From IMG/VR virus record IMGVR_UViG_3300042934_000563: a stretch of DNA of 64,000 nucleotides, one strand, 5' to 3'. This DNA comes from a virus. Taxonomy: Duplodnaviria > Heunggongvirae > Uroviricota > Caudoviricetes. Positions 53,407 to 62,590 of the stretch are shown here, in pieces (within the stretch, counting starts at the first letter, position 1; each line of letters begins with the position of its first letter). The translations under genes were made by a program, and so were the position numbers. The notes under the pieces are model-generated. The model saw nothing but the letters and a program-made list of their open reading frames with translations, was not told the origin of the DNA and did not search any database.

Positions 53407-53595
53407 TCATGCTTCGGTGACCTCGGTGGGTAGGTGTGGGTGGCGGCGTTTGTGGAGGTGTGTGCGGACGATTCGCCGGACGGTGTCGGTGTCGCGGAAC
53501 CCTAGTCTGTCGTGTTCGTAGGTGGTGGCGAGGGCCATGATGGTCGGGGCGTCGTTGTATGCCACACGGTGCCGTTCGGGGTAGGAGTCGATCAT
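53407..53595 (-). CDS. RHPH-family small protein
   Basis: ...RIVRTHLHKRRHPHLPTEVTEA. A further approximately 56-aa unit follows (53410 down to about 53240), below the track's size cutoff. Confidence 0.5.
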   Translation of the reverse strand: MIDSYPERHRVAYNDAPTIMALATTYEHDRLGFRDTDTVRRIVRTHLHKRRHPHLPTEVTEA

Positions 53596-53749
53596 GGCTA
53601 GAGGTACTCCGCTCCGATGTGTGGGTGGCGGGCTGCGCGGTAGGCGGTGTTGCGGATCTTCCAGTGTTCGGGGGATCCGTGCCGGAGTCCGACGGTGCGG
53701 AAGATTATCTGTCGGATGTGGGCGGAGTCCGCGAAGCTGTGTCGGGCAC

Positions 53750-53986
53750 TCATGAGGCGACCTCGGGGTCGATGTGGGGGTGCCGCAAGCTGCGGTATCT
53801 GATCTCCTGGATCTGTGTGCGGATGGGGTATTCGTCGGGGCCTCCGAGGTCGTTTGCTCGGGTGATGTGCAGGACTTGCCTGCGGTCGTTGTCGTACGCT
53901 TTCCAGCCGAAGTAGTCCTCCTGGTGGGTCATGTACTCACCCATGAGTCTTTCCACCAGGTTTTGGTGTCGTAGAGGGGTCGCCAT
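53750..53986 (-). CDS. RHPH-family small protein
   Basis: ...IRTQIQEIRYRSLRHPHIDPEVAS. Confidence 0.5.
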   Translation of the reverse strand: MATPLRHQNLVERLMGEYMTHQEDYFGWKAYDNDRRQVLHITRANDLGGPDEYPIRTQIQEIRYRSLRHPHIDPEVAS

Positions 53987-55534
53987 AGGTGGACGTGCCG
54001 TCGGAGGGGGTAGGGGGTCATGAGGATGTGCTCTTTGGTTTTGCTGCTGTCGGGGGTGTGCTGGCGGGCGATGTGGCGGGCATAGTCGTTGTCGCGTGCG
54101 ACGGTGGCGCGGAGGTCTACAGGCCCGCTATGTGGGGGTGTCGGTGGATGATCCATCGCTGGTCTCCGATCATGGGTAGGTAGATGTCGATGATGCCGCC
54201 GATTCGTCGGCGTCCGTCTGGGGTTCTGCGGACGATGGCTCGGAAGGTTTCGCGGTCGAGTTCGTAGGCGTCGATGGCGTTCACGGGTAGATCCATCCTC
54301 GGAGGTGTAGGTGCCGGGTGTCTTCGTGTTTGGCGTCGTGAACCATGTAGTAGAGGTTCCGCGGGAAGTCGTCTCCGTCTTCGGCGGGGAAGATTCTCAT
54401 GAGGATGTCGTCGACGTGGTGGTGGTCGATGACGAACTGGATTTGTCTGCGGGGACTAAACACGGTTGACACTCTCCCAGTACGGGACCATGTGCGGGTA
54501 ACGGTCGGTGGCGTAGCGGCTGTTGGCGATGTGTTTGCCGTGGCCGCTGGAGTCGAACGGGTAGTCGTCGGCGTACCGCTTGAGGTGGGCGGCGATAACG
54601 GCTATATCCGCTGTCCGCTTCTGGTAGGGCCAGTTTCCGCAAGGCATGGTCAGCGCCGCTCGAACAGGTGGGGGTGGCGGACTGCTGCGCTGCGGTGTCT
54701 GACGACGCGGTCGAATAGTCGGCTGGGGTGGTCTTTGATCTCGGTGAGTTCGACGGCGAGGTTGGTGAGGGTGATGTGGTCGCGTTCCCACCAGAGTCTG
54801 GATCGGGTCATGGGGTGGTCTCTCGTTGGTTGATGGTGCTAGTTGTCCGAGTTTAGCGCATGTGTCTAGTCGTCGTCGTAGATGGTGGGGTCGTAGCCGT
54901 CGGATTTTTCGATGCCGTCGTAGAGGGGGCAGGTGTAGGCGGCTTTGATGTGGGGGTGTCTGGTGCGGTGGTGGTCGAGTTCGTGGAGGAGGGCTCCGAG
55001 TGGGTTGGGGACGATTCTGGGGTCGTAGAACTTGTTGGCGTTGTCGTCGAGGACGGTGATGTCCAGGTGGGGGTTGAGGGTGCTGTAGCGGTAGAGGGCG
55101 TGTTCTAGGTCGTAGTGGTATTCGTGGCGGTTGGTTGCGTAGTGCTTGCGGGTGTGTCTGGCTTGGGATGGTGGGAAGGGGAGGACGGGGGTGGGGGTCA
55201 TCTGTCGTACCTCCAGGGGGTCATGTGTGGGTGCCGGTTGCGGATGTAGAGGGTGTCGTTGGTGAGGTAGGTGGGTTGTCTGCCGATGAGGACTACCAGG
55301 TAGTTGTCGTCGATTCGGGACCAGCCGCGTATCTGCATCTCCTGCTGTGAGGTGAAGTCGGGTAGGGATGTCATCGTCGGGTAATCATCCGTCTCATGTG
55401 GGGGTGTCTGTGGGATACGTAGAGGGCTCTGGTGGCGTACATGTCGATTCCACGTACGAGTTTTTCGATGTGTTGGTCGTCGACGGTTGTCCAGCCGCGT
55501 ATCTGGGTTTGTGCTCGGAGGTTGGCGGCGGGGG

Positions 55535-55735
55535 TCATCGAAGTACCTTCCAGAACATGTGCGGGTGCCGGTGGTGTCGGTAGAGGGCTCTGATGAGGGT
55601 GTGTTCGTCGTCGGTGCAGGGGTCGGTTCGCTTTATCAGCGTGGCGAGGGTTATGTCGTCGAGTCGGAACCAGGCGCGTGTCTGGATTTCGATGCGTCGT
55701 TCGGCTGCTGCGGTCATCGGGGGATCCTGAACCAT
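55535..55735 (-). CDS. RHPH-family small protein
   Basis: ...TLIRALYRHHRHPHMFWKVLR. Confidence 0.5.
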   Translation of the reverse strand: MVQDPPMTAAAERRIEIQTRAWFRLDDITLATLIKRTDPCTDDEHTLIRALYRHHRHPHMFWKVLR

Positions 55736-56110
55736 TCCATGTGTTTGTGGCGGGTGCCGGAGTTGATGGTGTTGGCGAGGTTGTTGCGGTGTCGGTAGTA
55801 GTCCTCTGTGAGGTTGGTGGAGTATCTCGGGAGTTCGCGGAGGTCGTGGACGTGTTTGTCGTCGGCGCGGGTCCAGCCTCGTCGGCGGATCTGTTCGCGG
55901 AGTTGGGCGGGTTCGTCGGTGAGGTCTGTGTGGATGTAGGGGACTCTCATAGTTCGGGGTCTCCGGTGGTGAGGGTGTCGTCGATGTGTGGGTGTCGGTC
56001 CATGTGGAGGACGGGGATCTGCATTCCGAGGTTCAGGGCGATGTAGCGGCTGGTGATGGGGCCGTAGGTGTCGGGTAGGTGGAGGTCGTCCTCGGGGCGG
56101 TGGTGAAAGG

Positions 56111-56329
56111 TCATCGGGAGAGGGTGAGGTTGGCGAGTTCGCCGATGACGTATCGGATGTGTGGGTGGCGGACGTAGGTGAATGCTTGGCGGTAGACGGG
56201 GTGGTAGTGCCTGCCGTTGGCTTCTGCGGCGGATTCGTGGGCGCTGCGGATGCCGTAGTCGTCGCGCATGGCTGCGAGGGTGTCGCGGTCGGTGCGGAGG
56301 GCGGTGTTGTTGACGTTCCATTTAGGCAT
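56111..56329 (-). CDS. RHPH-family small protein
   Basis: ...YRQAFTYVRHPHIRYVIGELANLTLSR. Confidence 0.5.
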   Translation of the reverse strand: MPKWNVNNTALRTDRDTLAAMRDDYGIRSAHESAAEANGRHYHPVYRQAFTYVRHPHIRYVIGELANLTLSR

Positions 56330-56518
56330 TTAGTGGTCTACTCCGGGTGGGGTGGGGGGATGGGCGTATGGGATGTGTGGGTGGCGGTCCTTATGCAGTA
56401 CAGCATAGTCGTAGTCGAGGGTGTATTCGATGCCGTATTGGTCGAATAGGTCGTTGACGTGGAAGTGGTCGACGGTGGCGTAGGCGCGTCGGGATCGGAG
56501 GACGTTGTGTCTGTTCAT
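56330..56518 (-). CDS. RHPH-family small protein
   Basis: ...DYDYAVLHKDRHPHIPYAHPPTPPGVDH. Confidence 0.5.
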   Translation of the reverse strand: MNRHNVLRSRRAYATVDHFHVNDLFDQYGIEYTLDYDYAVLHKDRHPHIPYAHPPTPPGVDH

Positions 56519-56712
56519 AGGGCTGTCCTTGGGTGGGGGTGAAGGAATCCGTCCCCGTCGGTGCGGTTGATTCCTAGGTGTGGGTGGCGGTGGAGGTGGT
56601 AGACGACGGGGTTGTATAGGGGTTGGTAGTGGTGGAGGTCGTAGCGCTCCAGGATGTCGTAGGTGGTGCGGTGATCGCGTTTCCTGTAGCGCTTGAAAAA
56701 TACCCAGCTCAT
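56515..56712 (-). CDS. RHPH-family small protein
   Basis: ...YNPVVYHLHRHPHLGINRTDGDGFLHPHPRTAL. Confidence 0.5.
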   Translation of the reverse strand: MSWVFFKRYRKRDHRTTYDILERYDLHHYQPLYNPVVYHLHRHPHLGINRTDGDGFLHPHPRTAL

Positions 56713-56907
56713 GCGAGGTATCCGGTGGCGAATTTGAGTTTGATGGCGAGGTGCCGGTCGTCGGCGTAGACGATGCGTCGGACGGGGTGGTGGAGGATTT
56801 TTGGGGTACCGATTGGGTAGACCTCGTAGTCGCGGGAGTAGAAACCGAGGTTTCGGGCGTTGGCGCGTCGGGCGTTGTCGATGGTCATCATGGGCTTACT
56901 CCGGGGG

Positions 56908-57117
56908 TTAGAAGGGGTAGCTGCTGGTGTTGGCGTAGGTGGGGGAGAACGGGTTGAGGTGTGGGTGGCGGTCGGCTACCCAGGTGGTGTTGTAGATGAG
57001 GTTGTAGATGCGGTGGATTTCGTGGACGGGGATGTCGGCGATGTCGGCGTCTCGGACGCGTTCGCGGTAGAGGTTTTGGGCGGCGCGGTAGTCGTGGGTG
57101 CGGGTGTTGTGGGTCAT
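56908..57117 (-). CDS. RHPH-family small protein
   Basis: ...RTHDYRAAQNLYRERVRDADIADIPVHEIHRIYNLIYNTTWVADRHPHLNPFSPTYANTSSYPF. Confidence 0.55.
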   Translation of the reverse strand: MTHNTRTHDYRAAQNLYRERVRDADIADIPVHEIHRIYNLIYNTTWVADRHPHLNPFSPTYANTSSYPF

Positions 57118-57996
57118 CGTTGTGTGGTGAGGGGTCGGGGCATGTGGGGGTGCCGTTTGTGTGCGTGGGAGGCACAGTTGATGAGTTTTCCCTGGCGGAT
57201 GGTGGCGTGGGCGCGTTGGGGGGTGTTGACCGTGTGTTGGTAGTCGCGGCGTTGGATGTCGTATCTGTTCATCGGTAGTGCTTTCTGATGTGTGGGTGTC
57301 GGTGTCCTGGGTTGACGAGTCGGGTGTAGTTCCGAATGTCTGGGTGGTATCCGCCGTGGTAGTAGGTGTCGACGATGCGGCGCAGTATGGCTTCGTCCCA
57401 GTTTTCCCGGTTTTCGGTCATGGGTGAGGTGGTCCAGAGTGAGGGGCCTGAGTAGAGGTTCATAGGTGTAGGTATCCGTGGATCTGTGGGTGTCGGGTGA
57501 TGGTGTCGGAGGTGTGCCGGAGGGTGACGGCTTGCTGGCGTGATGCGGTGACGGATCGTCGGAGGAGGCGGTAGCCGTGGTGGCGGTCGCGGCATTCGGC
57601 GAGGTTGGCGCGCGCGTAGGTTGCGGCTACGTCGTCGTCGGACATTACCAGGCTCTTTCGTCGATGATGGATGGCGCGATGTGGGGGTGTCGGCGGGTGG
57701 TGGTGAGTGCTCGGACGATGTGGCTGCGTCCTGGGTTTCTGCCGTAGTTGTGGTTGCGGCGGAGGGCGAGGATGAGTGGTCGGTCGCGTTCGGTGTTGGT
57801 GGTCATGCGTCTCATGGGGCGCACCTGGCGGCGATGGTGTTGTCGATGTGGGGGTGGCGGTGCCAGCGGTCGACGGTTCGCATGGCTGCGCGGGTGTGGG
57901 TGCTGTTGTAGCTGTAGTCGTCTCCGAGGTGTCGGATGGCGAGGGTTTTTGCGTTGTTGTAGTCGGTGACGGCGCGTTCCTGGAGGTTGTCTCGGT

Positions 57997-58197
57997 TCAT
58001 GGGAGGGCCTGGTCTGTGATGTGTGGGTGTCGGTGGAGTGGTGTGCATAGTTTGATGCATCGGCGGCGGAATCTGGGGTTTACGCGGTAGTTGGTGGCGC
58101 GTGGGGCGTACGGGTCAGCGACTTGGGCGAGGTGGTGGAGGTCGTCTTGTTCGCGGGCGAGTCTGCGGTAGTGGGGGGTGTTGTAGCGGGGGTTCAT
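57997..58197 (-). CDS. RHPH-family small protein
   Basis: ...RRCIKLCTPLHRHPHITDQALP. Confidence 0.5.
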   Translation of the reverse strand: MNPRYNTPHYRRLAREQDDLHHLAQVADPYAPRATNYRVNPRFRRRCIKLCTPLHRHPHITDQALP

Positions 58198-58965
58198 GGT
58201 AGGCGGAGTTCCTCGTCGGTCATGTGTGGGTGTCGGTAGGTGTAGCGGGTGGCGTTTTTGATGATGATGTGGTCGTAGTAGCTGGGGAGGTAGTCGATGA
58301 TGTCGCCGACGGCGTAGTAGTCGGCGCGTCCGATGCGGGCGTAGTTGCTGTTCACAGGTTGGCGATCTGGTGGGGGAGGTGGATGTGTCGGACGCGTCGG
58401 TCGATGGTGCGGAGGATGGTGTGGCGGGTGCCGGATCCGAGGGGGGTGTCGTGTATGTCGGCGAGGTAGGCGCTGACGTTGTAGTCGCTGGTTTGGAGGG
58501 TCATAGTGCGCTCACTTGTGGGGGTAGGTGGGGGTGCCGGTTGTGGCGGTAGATGCTGTGGAGGACGCGGTAGCGGGCAGCTGTTTCGGATGGGATGCGG
58601 TGGTTGCGGGCGAGGCAGAGGGTGGCGACGTGGTCGTGGGTTTCCAGGGTCATAGCGTGGTGATTCCTGTGGATAGGTGGGGGTGTCTGCGGAAGGGTTG
58701 GACGCTGTTGACGATGCGGAGGCGGTCGATGTCGTAGCCGTGGAGTCCTGCGGTGGCAGCGATGCCGCACAGGTGGAGGTATTGGGCGCTGTAGAGGTCT
58801 CGGGTCATGGTCAGGGCCATCTTCCGAGGTCGATGTGGGGGTGTCTGTGGAGGGGGTGGGCGAGGTTGGTGAAGCTGAGGCTGGTGGCGGGGCCAACGTT
58901 GAGGTCGCGGCGGTTGTGGATGTCGATGAACAGTCTGGTGTCGTGGCCGAACGTCTTGGGGATCA

Positions 58966-59163
58966 TCATGTGTGCAGCTCCAGTCCGATGTGGGGGTGTC
59001 TGCTGGTGGGGGCGTCTTGTTGGCTGATGCGGTTGCGTTGGGGGCGGGTGATGATGCGGTCGTAGCCGCATTTTCTGTTGTGGGTTCGTACCAGTCTGAC
59101 GTGGTGGAGTCCGTCGACGCGGACTTGCCGGATGACGCGGTTGAGTGCGGGGCGGCGGGTCAT
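58966..59163 (-). CDS. RHPH-family small protein
   Basis: ...ISQQDAPTSRHPHIGLELHT. Confidence 0.5.
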   Translation of the reverse strand: MTRRPALNRVIRQVRVDGLHHVRLVRTHNRKCGYDRIITRPQRNRISQQDAPTSRHPHIGLELHT

Positions 59164-59498
59164 CTGGTCACCATACTGTCAGCATGTGCGGGTGTCGGAT
59201 GTTGACGTATGCGGCGCGGAGGACTTTCTGTCGGGGCTTGGTGAAGTGGATTAGTTGCTGTTTGTCTGCGAGGTCTTGGAGGTAGATGAGGGTGTCGGCG
59301 AATTGTTCGTAGTTGGTTTGGGCAAATGAGGGGTTCATTGGCGTGTGAGGTTTCTGGGTAGGTGGGGGTGCCGGTGGACGGGGTAGGCGGCGAGTCTGAT
59401 GCAGCGGGCGGTGAGGTTTCGGCGGCGGGGGTTGTTGCGGTGGGCTCGGAGGAGGAGGTCGAGGGTGTCTACGTCGTCGTAGTGGCGGTAGAGGTTCA

Positions 59499-59699
59499 TC
59501 AGTAGATGTCGTCGGGGGTGTGGGGGTGGCGGGTGTATTGGTTGGTTCCGGCGTCGATGATCTGTGCTCGGGTGGTGTAGTCGGCGAAGCTGCCGTGGAA
59601 GTAGAGGCGGTGGTGGTCGGCGAGGTCGCTGGCTGCGCCGTAGTCGCGGCGGTGTCGTTTGATCTCGATGGGGGTGAGGGGTGGGGGTTCGGTGCTCAT
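59499..59699 (-). CDS. RHPH-family small protein
   Basis: ...RRDYGAASDLADHHR...AQIIDAGTNQYTRHPHTPDDIY. Confidence 0.55.
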   Translation of the reverse strand: MSTEPPPLTPIEIKRHRRDYGAASDLADHHRLYFHGSFADYTTRAQIIDAGTNQYTRHPHTPDDIY

Positions 59700-59709
59700 G
59701 GGTGGTTTC

Positions 59710-59904
59710 CTAGCGGATGTTGGGGTGTATGTGTGGGTAGCGGTTGCGTACGTCGGCGTTGTCGACGATGCGGTGGTAGTTGCGGGTGTCGGTGTAATGG
59801 TCGTCGCTTCTGTAGGTGTTGTGGAGGTAGAGGCTGTGCATGGCGGCGAGGTTCTCGTAGTGGTCGTAGTCGAAGCTGGTTTGGGACATTTTTCGGAGGG
59901 TCAT
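59710..59904 (-). CDS. RHPH-family small protein (RYPHI variant)
   Basis: ...YHRIVDNADVRNRYPHIHPNIR. Confidence 0.55.
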   Translation of the reverse strand: MTLRKMSQTSFDYDHYENLAAMHSLYLHNTYRSDDHYTDTRNYHRIVDNADVRNRYPHIHPNIR

Positions 59905-59907
59905 GGG

Positions 59908-60099
59908 TTACCACCAGGCTAGTTCGGGGTCGATGTGGGGGTGTCGGTTGTAGTTTTCGGGGAGTCCGATGATGGTCCGGTAGGTGTGGGCGCGGCGTTT
60001 TCCTCGGTAGACGGAGATGTAGGGGTAGCCGTTGGCTGCTGCGACTTTTTTGAAGTACCAGAAGTCGCGGTCGGTGATGGCTTGTTGTTCGGGGGTCAT
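59908..60099 (-). CDS. RHPH-family small protein
   Basis: ...TIIGLPENYNRHPHIDPELAWW. Confidence 0.55.
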   Translation of the reverse strand: MTPEQQAITDRDFWYFKKVAAANGYPYISVYRGKRRAHTYRTIIGLPENYNRHPHIDPELAWW

Positions 60100-60293
60100 A
60101 GTTGTCCGGCTAGGGGGGTTCGGGGGTGGCGGACGTAGGGGAGGTGTTGGTTGACGATGCGCCAGTGGGTGGGGGTGGTGCGGTTGGTGTATGCGTCGGG
60201 GAAGCTGTGGCCGTTGGCTTTGGCGAGGTCGTCTAGGTGGTCTTCGTCGGCGTATTGGCGGTCGTAGAATCCGGCGTGGGTGTGGTGGATCAT
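60096..60293 (-). CDS. RHPH-family small protein (RHPRT variant)
   Basis: ...THWRIVNQHLPYVRHPRTPLAGQL. Confidence 0.5.
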   Translation of the reverse strand: MIHHTHAGFYDRQYADEDHLDDLAKANGHSFPDAYTNRTTPTHWRIVNQHLPYVRHPRTPLAGQL

Positions 60294-60496
60294 CGTCCGG
60301 TCCGGTTGGGGGTGGTGAGTGGGGTTCCGAGGTGGCGGTTGCCGCTGGTGCAGTTTTCGAGGATGCGCCAGTAGGCGCGGGGGTCGCCGCGTTCGACGGC
60401 GGCTTTGTGGTTGACGCCGTGGTAGAGGGCGATGTCGTTGAGGTGGCGGATGTCTTCTTGGTGGTGGGTGATTAGTCGGAGGTGTGGGGGGATCAT
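60290..60496 (-). CDS. RHPH-family small protein (degenerate NRHLG variant)
   Basis: ...AYWRILENCTSGNRHLGTPLTTPNRTGR. Confidence 0.5.
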   Translation of the reverse strand: MIPPHLRLITHHQEDIRHLNDIALYHGVNHKAAVERGDPRAYWRILENCTSGNRHLGTPLTTPNRTGR

Positions 60497-60708
60497 CTGA
60501 GTCCTTGGCGGGTGAGTTCGTGGGGGATGTGGTAGTGGCGGATGCCTGCGAGTGAGGTGTCGACTATGCGCCAGTGGGTGCGGTCTAGTTGGGCGTAGTC
60601 CACTCGGGTGTTGTGGTCGCGGGCTGCTCGGAGGATGTCAGCGTGGTTGATGTCGGCGATGGTTCTGGTGTGTTTGTAGTCGGTTTCTCGTCGTTCGTGG
60701 GTGGTCAT
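60493..60708 (-). CDS. RHPH-family small protein (RHYHI variant)
   Basis: ...TDYKHTRTIADINHADILRAARDHNT...HWRIVDTSLAGIRHYHIPHELTRQGLR. Confidence 0.55.
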   Translation of the reverse strand: MTTHERRETDYKHTRTIADINHADILRAARDHNTRVDYAQLDRTHWRIVDTSLAGIRHYHIPHELTRQGLR

Positions 60709-60896
60709 CGTGCTCCGATGGTGGTGAGTCGGTCGGGGAGGTGTGGGTGTCTGTGGTCGGGGTGGGAGGTTCGCACGATGTACCAGTAGAGGGTGTCTGC
60801 GTCCGGGTCGTGGTGGTTGAGGAGGGTGGTTTTGTTTCTGTCGGTGATGGCGCTGATGTAGGGGTAGTCGATGCGGAGTTGTTCGCGGGGGGTCAT
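60705..60896 (-). CDS. RHPH-family small protein
   Basis: ...YWYIVRTSHPDHRHPHLPDRLTTIGAR. Confidence 0.6.
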   Translation of the reverse strand: MTPREQLRIDYPYISAITDRNKTTLLNHHDPDADTLYWYIVRTSHPDHRHPHLPDRLTTIGAR

Positions 60897-61081
60897 TCGG
60901 CGAGGTCCTTGGTGATGTGGGGGTGTCGGCAGGTGGGGAGTGTTTGTTTGGTGATGCTTTGGCCGGTGTCTCCGAAGCGTTCGCCGGGGAGTGTGTGGTT
61001 GCGGGCGATTCTGTCGGCGTGGTTGTAGTCGATGACGGTCCGGTCGTAGAGGCGGTCTCCGGGGTTGATGTAGCTGGTCAT
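60893..61081 (-). CDS. RHPH-family small protein
   Basis: ...VIDYNHADRIARNHT...TKQTLPTCRHPHITKDLAE. Confidence 0.6.
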   Translation of the reverse strand: MTSYINPGDRLYDRTVIDYNHADRIARNHTLPGERFGDTGQSITKQTLPTCRHPHITKDLAE

Positions 61082-61278
61082 CGGTTGGTGGCCTCCATGA
61101 TCTCTCTGCCTAGGTGTGGGTGCCGGTGGTGGCGGGTGGCTTGGTCGATCATGTGGAGGTCGACGTTGGCGTAGCCGTTTTCGCGGGGGGTGTGGATTTC
61201 GGCGAGGTCGTCGATGTGACTGTAGTCGCGGGTGAATTGTTGGGTGGTGTGGCGGTTGTGTTTGATCTTGGGTTTCAT
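61078..61278 (-). CDS. RHPH-family small protein
   Basis: ...TRDYSHIDDLAEIHT...HMIDQATRHHRHPHLGREIMEATNR. Confidence 0.6.
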   Translation of the reverse strand: MKPKIKHNRHTTQQFTRDYSHIDDLAEIHTPRENGYANVDLHMIDQATRHHRHPHLGREIMEATNR

Positions 61279-61472
61279 GTGCGTAGTTCCTGGAGTAGCT
61301 GGAGGTGGTGGGGGTGGCGGTAGTAGGTGCTGGCTTGGTCGGCGATGCGGTAGCCGGGGTTGGGGTGGCCGACGGGCATGGGGGCGATGTGGGTGCGGAT
61401 GAGTGAGTGGAGGGTGGAGTAGTCGCGGCGGTAGATGTGTTCGTAGGTGCGTTGGTAGGTGGGTGCGGTCAT
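61275..61472 (-). CDS. RHPH-family small protein
   Basis: ...RRDYSTLHSLIRTHIAP...YRIADQASTYYRHPHHLQLLQELRT. ATGA overlap. Confidence 0.6.
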   Translation of the reverse strand: MTAPTYQRTYEHIYRRDYSTLHSLIRTHIAPMPVGHPNPGYRIADQASTYYRHPHHLQLLQELRT

Positions 61473-61660
61473 CGGTGGTTCCTGATTTCTCGGATGAGTT
61501 TGGTGTGGTGGGGGTGTCTGCCGAGGGGGCTGGCTTGGTCGGCGATGAGGCTGGTGTGGGTGGGTATTCCGAGGGTGTCGTGGGTGGTGGTGTGGTCGCG
61601 GGCGATGTGGTCGAGTGCGTTGTAGTCGCGGGTGAGAGCTTGGCCGTAGGGGGTGGTCAT
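61469..61660 (-). CDS. RHPH-family small protein
   Basis: MTTPYGQALTRDYNALDHIARDHT...SLIADQASPLGRHPHHTKLIREIRNHR. Confidence 0.6.
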   Translation of the reverse strand: MTTPYGQALTRDYNALDHIARDHTTTHDTLGIPTHTSLIADQASPLGRHPHHTKLIREIRNHR

Positions 61661-61848
61661 GTGTAGTAGTTCCCCATGTGTGGGTGGCGGTTGTGTGCGG
61701 CGGCTTTTCCGTAGATGCCGAAGTAGGTGTCCATGCGGTCGGTGTCGCCGTTGCAGCTTCTCCAGGTGTAGCCGTTGCGGTCGGCGACTAATCCGAGTGC
61801 GCCGGAGTCGATGTTGAGTTGGGTGATGTGTCTAGAAGTGCTGCGCAT
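61657..61848 (-). CDS. RHPH-family small protein
   Basis: ...KAAAHNRHPHMGNYYT. Confidence 0.55.
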   Translation of the reverse strand: MRSTSRHITQLNIDSGALGLVADRNGYTWRSCNGDTDRMDTYFGIYGKAAAHNRHPHMGNYYT

Positions 61849-62026
61849 AGGGGCCGCTCATGTGTGGGTGTCGGTTGATTTGGTGGGTGAGGTCGACGAT
61901 GAGGCCGTGGATGTGGACGCGGGTGCTGTCTCGTTTGCAGTGGGCCCATCCGTAGCCGTGGGTGATGGCGATGTCGCCGAAGGCGTCGAGGTCGGTGATG
62001 TGTACGTCGAAGGGGTCGCGGGGCAT
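61832..62026 (-). CDS. RHPH-family small protein
   Basis: ...THQINRHPHMSGPYAQHF. Confidence 0.55.
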   Translation of the reverse strand: MPRDPFDVHITDLDAFGDIAITHGYGWAHCKRDSTRVHIHGLIVDLTHQINRHPHMSGPYAQHF

Positions 62027-62223
62027 GGGGTGCCTGTCAGTGGTAGTCGAGGTGGGGGTGCCGGAATCGGATGGATGTGGCGGTGCGGATGTGGTGGTGG
62101 CTGTACTCCCACCAGTAGGGCTTGGGTGTGGGTAGGCGGTAGGCGGTTCTGGCGGTGATGTCGTCCAGGTATCGGGCGTCGCGGATCCGGGCGTCGAGTG
62201 GGTTGAGGGGCATGTGGGTCCTG

Positions 62224-62385
62224 TCAGTGGAGGTGGGGGTGTCGGAATCTGAGTTGGGAGTTTCGGACGATGATGGTGTGGCTGTGGAGCCAGCTGGGGT
62301 GGACTTTGTCCCAGTCGGCGGCGTTGTGGGTAGCTACGCGCTGGAGGTGCTCGGAGTCCCGGATCCGGGCTTTCTGTGGGTGGGT
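62224..62385 (-). CDS. RHPH-family small protein (first array unit; ...LRFRHPHLH)
   Basis: Internal ATG of track frame 62224..62532, immediately downstream of two tandem TTGCGCTAATC.GGGAC motif copies. Confidence 0.5.
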   Translation of the reverse strand, partial: THPQKARIRDSEHLQRVATHNAADWDKVHPSWLHSHTIIVRNSQLRFRHPHLH

Positions 62386-62397
62386 GGGCATCTTGCC

Positions 62398-62461
62398 ATT
62401 GTCCCTGATTAGCGCAACCTTGGCAAGTGGGCCCTGGTGGTGTCCGGGATTAGCGCAAGTG
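62398..62461 (-). promoter_or_regulatory. two tandem copies of TTGCGCTAATC(C/A)GGGACA about 42 bp apart, immediately upstream of the RHPH array
   Basis: Plus-strand GATTAGCGCAACC at about 62404 and GATTAGCGCAAGTG at about 62446. The minus-orientation copies are separated by 25 bp. The ATG of the first array gene follows the proximal copy by about 19 nt, suggesting a short or absent leader. Confidence 0.5.
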
Positions 62462-62530
62462 AATTGTATTTGAGTTGTGCGGGCGGGCAGCCGAGGGGTT
62501 TTTTGAGCGAACTTTTGGGCTTTGACCAGC

Positions 62531-62590
62531 ATATATACGACTCTCCGAGTCGTATCGTTCGCGTTGCGAACGACCGTAGCGCTGAGCGCT
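62531..62590. repeat. three consecutive perfect palindromes (ATACGACTC-tcc-GAGTCGTAT; CGTTCGC-gtt-GCGAACG; CGTAGCGC-tga-GCGCTACG)
   Basis: Seen directly. Located between the end of gene 62589..62846 and the array promoters. Confidence 0.6.

Larger units (their letters stand above)
53240..62390 (-). repeat. tandem array of about 45-50 small paralogous ORFs carrying a conserved R-H-P-H-(I/L/M) motif
   Basis: The DNA signature (C/G)ATGTG(G/T)GGGTG(T/C)C(G/T)G, which is the reverse complement of the RHPH(I/M/L) codons, recurs about 49 times at roughly 190-bp spacing. Units are separated by stops and mostly joined by ATGA start/stop overlaps. Synonymous codon differences (AGA vs CGG Arg; CCC vs CCA Pro) indicate protein-level conservation. 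Confidence 0.85.

Noticed and set aside
55947-56321. 124-aa minus-strand ORF spanning two array units
   Set aside because: The frame gives Pro/Arg/His-rich junk in its first half. The RHPH-family frames (56111..56329 and a shorter unit ending near 55970) explain the region better.
53240-62390. Possibility that the regularly spaced repeats are a CRISPR array
   Set aside because: The repeats are imperfect and about 17 nt long, sit inside ORFs near their 3' ends, vary at synonymous codon positions and are spaced by about 190 bp of coding sequence. They are not short identical direct repeats with spacers.
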